Shown here one piece after another: positions 36,801 through 49,212 of a stretch of DNA of 64,000 bases (position 1 is the first letter of the stretch; every line of letters begins with the position of its first letter). Source of the stretch: Selaginella moellendorffii (Eukaryota; Plantae; Lycopodiophyta); NCBI RefSeq assembly GCF_000143415.4, contig NW_003314286.1, forward strand, positions 1 through 64,000, in the 5' to 3' direction. Under the pieces are notes generated by a model. That model worked only from the letters and a program-made list of their open reading frames with translations, was not told the DNA's origin and made no database searches. A program made the position numbers and the translations under genes.

Positions 36801-39800
36801 ACTCCGGCGTTACACAAGCCAAATGGTAGGATTGAAAGCGAAGACGCCCCAAGAAAGCCGTAAGATCTCAATGATTTGGATGAATGAAGATCTAGTTGTA
36901 CCCTAAAAAGCCATCCATGAAAGAGTAGTAACAGTGTCCAGCAACCTCATCCATGATCGCATCGATAAATGAAGTCAGAAAGTGATCTTTCGCAGTTGCC
37001 TTGTTCAAGTCTCGAAAGTCAATGTAGAGGTGGAGTTTTCCATTTGCCTTGCATGCAAGGATAAGGTTGGCCACCCACTCTGAGCTCTCCAAAGGGTAAA
37101 TAAAGGCGGTTGCTAGAAGTTGCTTGATCTCCAACTTCATCTCTGAGTGGGTGGCTGGGTTGAAACACCGCATCTTTTGACGGATTGGTTTTGCTGACTC
37201 TAAAAGCACAATATTGTGCATGATTGTGTCCATGGAAACTCCTAGAAGCTGGCTGTAGTCCCAAGCAAACACATCCTTGAAACAGTGAAGGAGATCCAAG
37301 AGCTTTGCTGCGTTTGTTGAAGCAAGTGATGTGGCGATAAAGACTAGGTCCTTGTCATCACCTAGGAAAATGGCATGAACCCTAGAGTCTGGAGAAACCT
37401 TGGGCTCAGGGGGCCCATCTATCTTAGATTCCTCCCTGAATTTGGAAACCAAAGAGTAGGGAGTGTCTTTTGCCTCTCGCATCATGGTGATTGCTTGATG
37501 TGATAACCTGTCCGCCCAAAAGTTTTCTTCATGAGGGACACTTTGAAAAGTCACATGAGAGAATTTATCCCTCAAGTTGACTGCCTGCTGCTATAGCTCT
37601 TTTAGGTTCTCTTTGCAGACTTGGTATTCTCTAGTAAGTTAGCATATGATGAGTTGCGCATCTCTAATGAAAGTGACTCGCCTAAAATTAAGATCTATGG
37701 CCAAATTCATGGCATTGATAGCTGCCAAGTACTCTGCTTCATTAGTTGATGTTGCTGGCAAAGTGATAGAGAGGTCAGCTACTTTGTTCTCCGCAAAACA
37801 AATTATCCAAACTCTAATGCCAACAACCTAGTTCTTGGGGTAGAAAGCACTGTCGAAATAAGCTGTAATCATAGGAGTGTCCTTTTCTTCAAATAAAGAT
37901 GTTGGGGACACCATATCTAGCAAGACTGTCTCTGGCAAGTCAGGCAAGAATGTTGTGGTTGGATCCAAAGCCTTTGTCTGTTGTTCTCTTTGCTTCTGAT
38001 GCTCTGAGTGCTCAATGTCCGATGTAAGGACTATAGCCAAGTACTGTGCAAGTGAAGAAAGATCCTCCACTGAAGTCGAGTCCAAGTCTGGTGCTAAAAC
38101 TTCAATGTAATACACTTGGGTCTGTACCGGGAGCTCCGTGGTAGGAAATTCTGAACTCAAAGAGCTATAACACCCATGCAGCATGTTTTCTTGGCTTGAT
38201 TCTTTCTTCCAGTTGTAGGTCTGGTTGTCATCCTTCATCTCCAAAAAATGGCATGACAAAATACACTAGGAGTCATCAGATACCATGATTTTAGTAGGAA
38301 GATGCTAGCTATGTGACACCTTAGATAGTTGCTAAGGAGGATTGAGTTTGGCTGTGTCCTGTGAAAGATGAACCTGGTTTGGAGTGACTGTGTCATCAAG
38401 TTCCATAAGAGAGAGTTGGTCCCATGTAAGAAACAAATTGAGAATCCCTTCCTCTATTGAGAAACACTCCAAAAAGCTGGATATGAAAGCTTGTACCCTA
38501 TAAGCCCCACCATCAAATAAAGAGGGCATGGCTAGAGGCTCAGCCTTACTCTTAAATAAAGAGAGTGAGGCTGAGAGATGTCTTGAGCTATTTGACTCAC
38601 CTATAACAATGTCGATTGCATTGCATGAGAAAGCATCCGTCATATAGATGGTCGACTCCACCGCCAACTCGGGAAAAACCTCTATGAGCTTAGGAGGAAA
38701 GTGTGGTGTGGAGACCACTTTAGTCTAAGCCTTTTGGGCTTGCTAAGAAAGAGCTTTGCCGTGGTTGTTGAGAAAGGTGGTGCTATGGGTTCCATCGCTA
38801 ATTTCAATCTTACCTTGTGCGCTGTCAATGGTGCAATGGGCTGTGATTTGCCATGAGTGGCCAAGGATGATAGAGTCCTTCAAATAGGATGTTCCGAGAT
38901 GTTGGTAGTCAACCACGAGGAAATCTACCTTAGAAATAACACCCTACACTAAGACCTTGACACCACAGCAAATGCCCGCTGAAGGAATGGTGTGGTTGGC
39001 GAAGGTCTTGAGCACGATGGAGGAGCTCTCAGTGATCTGTACCTATGCTGAAAGGGTAGCTTCGAAAGAGATAATGTTGCTTCCAAAACTGGAGTCAACC
39101 AAAGCATCCATCTGACAAGAGGAAGTACCAATCTACACTAGGACAAAAAATGGATTAGGATCTCCACTATATCTTGTTATGTCGACACTGTGCACCTCTT
39201 GAGGAGTCTTCTTGAGAGTGCTCTCTAGTGTTCCTGACCGTGCAAACTCCTCTAAACACTGGCCGAATCCCAGGACAAAGCACAATATGTCTTGGAGCAA
39301 AAAGGTGACGGGAGTGTCAACCAGCTGTTGAAGAATCGGCTCCGGAACATGAATAGCTATTGGTGAGATCTCAAGAGGAAAAGAGAGTGGTGACTTGAAA
39401 AGGAGCTTACAAGCCACCCTCTGTGTCACTGGATTTGGTGCTGACAAAGATTCACTCTCAACTGATGCCAGGGGATCTATGACAAGCTGAGTGGCTGCCT
39501 TCTTCTTCGCTTGGGCTCAAGTGGCTAGGGTTTGCTGCTATTGGCTATAGAGTTCCTCGGCTACCAAAATTGTGTTGACCGATGAGGCTGGTGCCTTGCC
39601 TTTGCTTGACAAAGGGGCTGCCTCAATTGCCTATTGCTCCAACTGCTCCTGATATGTCTCTGGACCCCGAGACGATGTGGAATTGTCAGCAAAAGGACAT
39701 TGTTGGACACATTGAGAAGGTGGAGGTAGAAGCTCTGGGTGAAGCTTAAAGCAACACTGTGTGTTGTGTGTGTTTGTTTCGCAGTGAGTGCACCAACGGG

Positions 39801-42800
39801 ACATAGATCTGTGTTCCTAAGCTGCAACAGCCTCTTTTTTGGACTCCACCAACTCTTAGAGTAGCTTGTCATGGTGTGATTGTTGCTGAAGAATGATCTC
39901 CTTTAATTGCCGCATCTTGTTGGCAAAGTTCTCAATAGCCGGAGGTGTATGCTCAATAGTGACAGGCTTTGGTGTGGACGGGCGAACAGTTGCACAAGGT
40001 GACTCTGACAGGGTGATGGCTTGGTCGAAATCAAATCTAGCAATCCCTAGGTTGACAAGAAGCTCTCTTTCCAGCTTCGTGGCAAACAAAAATGCATAAC
40101 GGCATGACCTAAATATCTTCTTAAGAAGTTTTTGTTGCAAGTTCTTACACAGACCTGCTGTGAATGCTGTGATCCCCTGTTGCTCATCTTGGACCACTCT
40201 GTGATCCCAACACTGCTTCCAGTATGCTCAAAACTGGGTGATATAGTCAGGAACAGACTCGTGAGCACTCTACTAGAACGAAAAGAGGTCGACAAGTAGC
40301 TGATTTGTGGGTTTTGCTTCAACGAATCATTCTCTAAAAGAAGCAAGTAGTGTCTAGAAGTCTGTCCGGTGTTGTGTGTGTTTGTCTCGCAGTGAGTGCA
40401 CCAACGGGACATAAATCTGTGTTCTCGAGCTGCAATAGCCTCTTTCCTGGACTCCACCAACTCCTGGAGCAGCTTTTCATGGTGTGATTGTTGCTGAAGA
40501 ATGATCTCCTTTAATTGTCACATCTCATTGGCAAAGTTATCAATAGCCAGAGGTGTATGCTCAATAGTGACAGGCTTTGGTGTGGACGGGCGAACAGCTG
40601 CACAAGGTGACTCTGACGGGGTGATGGCTTGGTTAAAATCAACTCTAGCAATCCCTAGGTCAACAAGAAGCTCTCTTTCCAGCTTCGTGGCAAACAGAAA
40701 TGCATCACAGCATGACCTGAATATCTTCTTAAGAAGTTTCCGTTGCAAGTTCCTATGTAGACCTGCTGTGAATGCTGTGATCCCCTGTTGCTCATCTTGG
40801 ACCACTCTGCGATCCCAACACTGCTTCTAGTATGCTCGAAACCAAGTGATATAGTCAGGAACAGACTCGTGAGCACCCTGCCAGAATGAAAAGAGGTCAA
40901 CAAGTAGCTGATTTGTGGGTTTTGCTTCAACGAAACGTTCTTTGAAAGAAGCAAGTAGTGTTTGGAAGTCTGTCCGGTGTTGTGTGTGTTTGTCTCGCAG
41001 TGAGTGCACCAATGGGACATAAATCTGTGTTCCTGAGCTACAATAGCCTCTTTCTTGGACTCCACCAACTCCTGGAGTATGTCATGGTGTGATTGTTGCT
41101 GAAGAATGATCTCCTTTAATTGCCGCATCTCGTTGGCAAAGTTCTCAATAGCCGGAGGTGTATGCTCAATAGCGACAGGCTTTGGTGTGGACGGGTGAAC
41201 AGTTGCACAAGGTGACTCTGACGGGGTGATGTCTTGGTCAAAATCAACTCTAGCAATCCCTAGGTCAACAAGAAGCTCTCTTTCCAGCTTCGTGGCAAAC
41301 AGAAATGCATCACGGCATGACCTGAATATCTTCTTAAGAAGTTTCCGTTGCAAGTTCCTATGTAGACCTGCTGTGAATGCTATGATCCGCTGTTGCTCAT
41401 CTTGGACCACTCTGCGATCCCAACACTGCTTCTAGTATGCTCGAAACCAGGTGATATAGTCAGGAACAGACTCGTGAGCACCCTGCCAGAATGAAAAGAG
41501 GTCAACAAGTAGCTGATTTGTGGGTTTTGCTTCAATGAAATGTTCTCTGAAAGAAGCAAGAGTGTCTGGAAGTTTGTCCAGTCTTCTAGGAGGAGAGAAT
41601 CTGCCCAAGTTGCTTCTTTGCCTTCGAGAGACTACAAGAAGTCGTAGCATATACGATCATCGTTGATGATCATGTTTGTGGTGCAGTAATAATCAAAGTG
41701 ACTGATATGCGATGTTGGAGAGACTATTCCAACATCTGAACAGGTTGGCAAATCACTCCTCTTCTGCAGAACATGGAGCTGAGGTCAAGCTAAAGGTGGC
41801 TGCACCATAGCTTGTAGATCAACGTCACTGGAATTTGCCGAAGATGAAGAGGACTCGACCCGAGAAGGTGTTGTGTCATACCTAAGCTACCTTTGGATGT
41901 TAGAAAGTTTACTCCATACCTTAGGGCCTTAAGGTATGGTAAAAGGTCTCCAATTTGTTGCATGTTTAGTTTGTACCGGCATCAAATACCCTGAACACTG
42001 CAAATCCCCAGTCAAGGCAACTGGGTTGATAGGAGCAAGAAAACTGTAGGCTAGTGCTCAAGTTGCTCAAAGTTGCCCAAAATGTCTGTGACGAAGAGTA
42101 ATAAGGGTGAAAATGGAAGGAGATGTAGGCCTTAAGCACACATAACCATTGACCATAGAGTAAATGCTAACCTTTCAGAGTAGCCAGTAACCAGTAACCA
42201 GTAACTAGTAACCAATAACTTGGAACCTGTAACCTGTAACCAATACCCCCCTCTCTCACTCCTACTCCTACACCTACTCCAACACCAACTCTTACCCCTG
42301 CGCCTACTCCTGTTCCTGTTCCTACGCCTACTCCTACTCCCTAAAGATTGCTTCATTCCCAAGGAACTCCCAACAAAGTTTAGCCCAAAAGAGAAAAATG
42401 AGTCCTCTAGTCTCAATCCTTCCCCATTTTGCGTTGGTGGGCTCGTTGGAAAGGGCTCAGCCCCTTCTACCCTCTATCGCAAGAATTTGTGAAGAAGTTG
42501 CCTCAATATTCCCTAAAATCCAAGAAGAGTTAGCCCAGAACACCAATATTGTGGAAAAACATATGCATGTCATTGATGTAGATTGATACTAAGGCGCTGT
42601 TGGTATTTTCAGAATGCCTAGGACCAGGAGCACCTCTAGAAACAAATAGCATTCAAAACAAAGCCCGGAGAAGCACGGATTCCTGCTATAAATATGACCT
42701 AATCTAGCAAGAGAAGAAAATCCTTTTGCATACCAGCAATTCGCCAAAATCTAGCACCAAGAATCACCACTATTTGTAGATCTAGGTTAGATCTACAAGC

Positions 42801-43384
42801 CCAAATGCACTACTTTGAGAAATCTGGCCGAGGATTTAGGCGAGAAAGTGAAAACCCCAAAATATTCATCCAACCAAGCCAAGAAACATTGTATCTCTTC
42901 AAATATTGCATCGCTTGATGAGCGCCATACCTTGCTAGAAAGAGGAGCTCCAAACCTATCCAACACACCTAAGATCAAACAAAACCACTGCAAGATGAAC
43001 AAGAAATTGCTTCCCAAATTCTGCAGCCAAAAGAAAAAGAGAGAAATGATGCCTTAGAAAGTGTTGTGCATTCACACTGGGTTCACCATTTGTTGGGGGA
43101 AGGAGGGGCACCTCCCCCAATGCTCGCTTAAACACAAGAAATGTTTCAATGCTCTTCGCAAAATGCCCCCCCTTGCCCTTGTGGGGCAAGGGTTTTATAT
43201 AAGGAAGACCCCTCCTTCCCCCAACGCTCACTCAAACACGAGAAATGTTTCAATGCTCTCCGCAAATGCCCCCCCTTTGCCTTGTGGGGCAAGGGTTTTA
43301 TACAAGGAAAATGGGGAACATTGTGAGGATTAGAATATTCACTCTCTCTCTCTCTCTCACTCTCTTAATAGCGACGCCCTAACA
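33882..43384 (-). mobile_element. Family A copy A2, near full length: LTR, triplicated gag segment, PR, extra RNase H, RT, RH, INT, 3' region
   Basis: Terminus TGTTAGGGC at 43384; RT FMDGFLGYN and YMDD; RH ...EKEAVAV; INT YYPECNGQA; 3' end lies in the gap; sits between A' gag and A' protease. Confidence 0.9.
39760..41580 (-). repeat. Three tandem copies of a gag segment of about 608 bp
   Basis: VQDEQQ starts at 40197, 40805 and 41410; identical junction tgtccggtgttgtg at about 40368 and 40977. Confidence 0.92.
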
Positions 43385-46146
43385 TGGGATGCAAGAAAGA
43401 GTGGAGGGCAGCTGAGAGACCCCACCCTGAAAGTTGGATGAATGTTTGGTTGTTAGATCCAAAGTTGTGGCCAAGGATGTGGGTGGTGCTATAAATACTA
43501 AAGCATGGTGTAACTTCTACAACGTGAGAGATGGTGAAGTTCTGGAAACTAGTGTTAGATCTTGCTCACCATCAATATCTGGGCTGGAGGAGAAACCTTC
43601 TTGCACCCTCTAGTCACAACAGCCACCTTATAACCATTCTCTACAACGTAAACCACACTAACATGTATTGATGTCTTCCTACAGCTCGACGAAGGGGTGT
43701 CTTCGATTGCTTTCTACTCAAGTTGTTGCTGGTATCTACTGGCCATAGAAGAGATATGTTGTCCACTAGAGGCTGCTGTTAAACACATTAGACAAAAGGT
43801 GGCCAAAGTTTTGGGTGAAGTTTCTAACATCTCTCCATGTTGTGTGTCATAACATTGCAATAAAAGCAGTACCAAGAACGAGGAGGGGTCTTAGTGTCTC
43901 TGCATGCTGTAAGTGGTATGCTCTAAGCTCCTCAAGTAACTTTTCTTGCATTTTTTGTTGCTGCTAGATGATCTCCATGTATCCTACAAGCTCCAACAAT
44001 GCCTTCTCAATCACCGGGGGAAATCTATCATCGTTGTGTGGGGCTGGAGAAGAATGGACTATAGCAGCATATGAGCTCTCATTTGAGGGTGGGAGGAAAG
44101 CTTCCTCTACCTTGGAAATCCTGAGCTCTTGGAGAAGATCCCGCTCTAGAATCTCTGCTGCAGCGAATGCCTCACAACATGTCTGAAACTCTTGCTTAAG
44201 CATCTTGCATTGGAGATTTCCCGTGAGACCAGAGATGAATGCAATGATGCCTTGAGGTTCATATGTGATGACCTTGCACTGGATACACTCCTTCCTGTAA
44301 AACTTGAACTGCATCACATACTCTAGCACAGATTCATGTGCTCCTTGCCAAAAAGTGAACAATTCCATGAGTAAGTGATTTGCTACTTGCTGCTGATCAA
44401 AGTGACCCTGAAAAGATACTTTGAATATGTTTGCCTCCAAGAGTGTCTCAACCCACACTGCTGCTCAGCTAGTGAATGATTGCAAGAAGTCGTAGAGTTT
44501 GTGATCATCCTCAATGTGTCTCTTGGTAGAGATGTTGCCATTGCTAGAGAAGTATGGGAAGTTGGTGCCTCATTATAGAATATGGATTTGTTTAGGAAGA
44601 GCCATGGGTGGTGAACTCCTTAACTTGGTATCTGTGAATGATGAATCCTCCTTGCTGGAAAGAGCAGTTTGATAATCTAGCTTGCATAGAAGGTGTGAAA
44701 AGCATCCCTATACCCTAAGCACTATATAGAAGTTTGCTAGTTGTTGTCTCTGACTAGAAAGAGTGCAAACTAGCATAAAGTATCCACTATGCAGCAAATG
44801 CCGGGCTGTGGAAAATCTAATGCACTAAGAACTATGACTTGTGGGAGAATAGAGTATTCAAATGGGATAGCTCCAAATAAAAGAGTATCCTCATTAATGT
44901 TTCCCCAACCAAAATCACTGCCACTCTCATAAATGCTAATTTCTCACAAGGAAAAGAAAATTCTAGAAAAGAAAAGGGGAAAAGACACAAAGGATGTTGT
45001 GGAAATTACTTGGTAGGATGTGGATATATGTTTTCACCAAAAAATAATGGAGAAAAGAAACAAAGTTCACTCAAAATGCCTTAAGGAGAAAACATTTTTA
45101 TAGAAATTTCTCAACTTTGCACATGAAATTGGGTGTAGATGGACTTGATGAAATTTTTAGACTTAGACCAAGAGAATGAGACCAAAATCACAAATTAAAA
45201 TGCCCAAAAGATCAAGAACAATTGACTCAAACATCAAATTCTAGACAAAAAGAAGGATAAGAAAAGAAAATGAACTCCATAGCACAAGAAACACTCACCT
45301 TTGGCATTATAGAAAGTAATAGCATAGCCATGATAATCTCCATAAGAATGGCTCCTCAAATTTTCCCAAAATCAAACTAGAAACTTGCAAACTTGAGTTG
45401 TGAAATGCCACAAGAGAGAAACTGTTGTGTATTGCAGCCTAGAGTGAATTGGCTGCCAAGAAAGAACTCTCTAGAAAGCTTATCTCCATATTTACAAGCA
45501 TAAAAAAAGAAATCCCTGAATCAATCTCTGAATCACAAGCTTAGAGTGCTGAAATTTCTTTTATAAAAATAAAGGAGCGCGATGGACAAAACTTCATGTA
45601 TGTGGCCAAATTCTCCACAAAACAAGGCACTCTTTAGCTTGTTGGAAAGAGGATGCCAAGGTGCACCGACTCAAAAAAAGAAAAACTAAAATCTATACCC
45701 CAATCACGAGAAATTGCTAGAAAACCAATTGGAAAGAGGGTAATGTAGAAAACTATAGCAAGAATGAGAAAATCTTTGAGTCTACGCTCTGGATTCATGG
45801 AAGTAGAGACCCTTAGCAGTCCTAAGGTCTCTAAGAACCTGAATCTAGCTGCTTAAACTTGAAATCTCTCTCAAGTTCTCAAGAAAACTCTCCATTCTCT
45901 CAAGATAACTAAGCTAGCTTGTCATGCTGGGTTCACTAACTATTGGGGCATCTTTCAGCCCCAATCATGGATCCATCCCTCATACACACATGTTAGAAAA
46001 TCATAATTCCAAACTCAAGTGCAAGAGAAAATGGGGTGGAACCTTATACTTGAGCCTCTCTTGGGCCTTTATAGAAGGATGAGGGAATATTTTAAGAATA
46101 TACAATATTTCTTATGCTCTCTCAAACCAGAGTCTAAGTTGTGACA
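43385..46146 (-). mobile_element. A' gag and probable 5' LTR/leader
   Basis: ORF 43964-44458 (LFTFWQGAHESVLEY...AFISGL) is homologous to family A gag; 46080-46146 resembles the family A terminus and ends in TGTCAC on the minus strand. Confidence 0.7.
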
Positions 46147-48695
46147 TGAGGAGAAGGTAACGATGAGCTAGTGCCACAACAAGAGAAGAAAAATAAGAGA
46201 AAAAGAATGAGTACCCAAAGAACTTAATACTTATCTAAATTTTAGCTTAGGAAAGTGTAATATGCAAATGAAGCCTCATGATGACTTTTAGTTATACTCC
46301 AAATATTGGCTAAATTCAAGAAAGAAAGAGAGGATAGACAAGGGGATGCTTTGCCAGAAAGTGATAAATATAGAAATGATGAAAGATGGAATGATATGAT
46401 AAAGTGGTCTAAAGTGTCAAATTGAAGAAAACTACAGTTGGAAAGGATGGCATAGTTATTGGATTGATGGTAAAGAAATGTGGCATGTGTTTACTGAGTG
46501 CTAGANNNNNNNNNNNNNNNNNNNNNNNNNNNNNNNNNNNNNNNNNNNNNNNNNNNNNNNNNNNNNNNNNNNNNNNNNNNNNNNNNNNNNNNNNNNNNNN
46601 NNNNNNNNNNNNNNNNNNNNNNNNNNNNNNNNNNNNNNNNNNNNNNNNNNNNNNNNNNNNNNNNNNNNNNNNNNNNNNNNNNNNNNNNNNNNNNNNNNNN
46701 NNNNNNNNNNNNNNNNNNNNNNNNNNNNNNNNNNNNNNNNNNNNNNNNNNNNNNNNNNNNNNNNNNNNNNNNNNNNNNNNNNNNNNNNNNNNNNNNNNNN
46801 NNNNNNNNNNNNNAAGGCCCCCCCCCCCCCCCCCCCCGTTGCCCTTGTGAGGCAAGGGTTTTATACAAGGAAGATGGGGAATATTTTTAAGACTAGAATA
46901 TTCCCTCTCTCTCTCTCACTCTCTCAGTGGCCACGTGTAAGCCACAAATTTTTCCTTTCCAATTTGCCAGCTTACCTCGTCTATCCGTCCAACACTGCCT
47001 TAGCTTTTGCTAAGTTCCCTTGCCAAGGTTCTCGCCTATAGTACCAACTCCTACTTGGTCCTACTTGGTTTCAGCTACTCACTGCACGAGCAACGGAGTG
47101 TTAACCATCCATCCACAGATTCCCAAATCTCTCCCAATCCCCCTCCCCGGGTTAGATTGGACTTAAAGTTCTACTACACTCCCCACAAGCACAAGCAGTT
47201 AAGCACACCAAGCTTCCAGGTTCCTAACATCCCTTGGTACCACAAGACTTGATCATGGGACCCTCTAAATCCTAAGTCTTGGGTGCGACACTTGCTTTGG
47301 GACGCCGGTGAAACACTGTGGCCTAACAGCTCGGTATGGGTACCTCTACCCCCCCACTTCCATCCCGAAGGGAAGGTCCAAGCCCCTAGGAAGGGCGAGG
47401 ACCAATGAGCAGCATGGTACTCAAGTGGGGCACCACTCCACATGAGCCGGGAGCACTGCAGTCAGTTTCCCTTTCGGGAGTGGGAGTTGCTCTTGAGCAC
47501 TTCCTTGGATGGCTCCTCCAGCACCAACCAAGTCCATGCTCACTCCCACCCAAGGTTCTTTGGTCCCAATCCCAACCTCAAGTCAATTTGGAAGCCCCAC
47601 TAGAGAGTTCCTTCAAAATTGGTTCTTGGACCTCACTATCCCTACTATACTTTTGGAACCCCCTGCAGCCCCCCTATCCTGGGAGATGCACGCTTTGGGC
47701 TTTCACCCCTTGACCTGTATTAGTACTCGGACTTAGTCTCTGGCTCGATCTCAGACTCGATCTCGGATCCGACTTCGGATTTGGTCTCGGACTCGATCTC
47801 GGACTCGATCTCGGACCCGATCTCGGACCCGACCTCAGACTCGACCTCGGACTCGGTCTCGGACCCGATTTCGGATCTCGGACTCCGTCTCGAACTCAGT
47901 CTCAAACTCGGTCTTGAACTCGGTCTCCGAGTCGGCCTCGGACTCGATTCCGGACTCTATCTCGAACTCGGTCTCAGAGTCAGTTGTTGACCATGTCTCC
48001 GGGGGCATCCCCCCACTTAGCGGTGTGCCTAAGTTAGCCTCCCCGGCCAAGAGCCCATGACAACGGAATATAGGTGTCCCTATACTCCTCACCTCACCAC
48101 GCCCTAGTATGGGGTTGGGACTTGAACCCAACCTTGCTTTACTAGGGGGTTAGGACTCAAACCCAACCTCCGTAGAATACGTCTACGGATTCGACATCCC
48201 CGCAGGGAGTCGGGCGTAGTTCCCTACGCCTAGTTGACCTAGCTAACCCATCTAATTAGCTTACCTTTGGCGCGCCTTCGGGTCTCAACATATGCCATTA
48301 CTCAACTTCTCAAATTGATACTTTTAATTGAACTTGGCATAAGTACATAGAGTTCTGCCTTGTAGAAATTCCTCCACTAGATCTCGCGCATTTGCTAGGT
48401 TCTCCTCCGGTTCCCATGTTGCTTCATAGTGTGGAAATCCTTTCCACTTCACATGGAACTCTCTCACCTCGTGTCCTTGTCGCTTGCTCTTGCGCGCATT
48501 GAGGATTCGTATTCCTCTTTCCCTTGGATAACCTCAGGTAAAGGTCTTACTTGGTCCTTGCGAAGCGGATCCTCAAAATATGGCTTGAGTAAGTTCACGT
48601 GGAACACGGGATGCATCTTCCCCATCTCTCGAGGAAGTCGGAGACGGTAAGCCACTTTACCGATTCGAGCCTCAATCTCGTAAGGCCCTGCAAAC

Positions 48696-48747
48696 CTGCT
48701 TAAGGAACTCAAGATCAATTCATTTACAAGAATACATGCACTTTTAC
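48696..48747 (-). other. Putative spliceosomal intron 2 in B2 integrase (52 nt)
   Basis: AG|gtaaaa...ttccttaagcag|G; removal gives KLTQRFAGPY. Confidence 0.82.
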
Positions 48748-49165
48748 CTTTGGGTCAACTTCTGGCTGATCCCACTTGGTAGCCTGAGGTTCTTGGTGTT
48801 CAGCCACACCTTCTCCCCAGCTTGGAACTCTACATCCCAGCGCTTCTGGTTCGCGTACTTAGTTTGCCTTTGTTGAGCCCGTTCCAAGGAATCCCTCACT
48901 AGATTCCAAATGTTGAGTCTTTCCGCCGTGAATGCCTCCACTGCAGGTAATTTTCCATGATACTCGGCCACGCCGAGTTCCACAAGACCTTCAATAGCTC
49001 GCCCATTGATGACTTCCCATGGACTCACCCCGATGCTCGAATGTGGTGAGTTGTTATAACACATTTCTGCAAGTCCCAAATGACCTACCCAATCGGTCTA
49101 GTCTCCCGAGACATAGCATCGCAAAAAATCCTCCAGCTGCCTATTCACCCTTTCCGTTTGTCCGT

Positions 49166-49212
49166 TTGTCAAGAAGTGTTAGTGCCATCAAACTTGACTT
49201 AATACCCCATAC
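49166..49212 (-). other. Putative spliceosomal intron 1 in B2 integrase (47 nt, acceptor mutated AG>AA)
   Basis: AG|gtatgg...cactaac...ttcttgacaa|AC; removal gives HPQIDGQTER. Confidence 0.78.
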
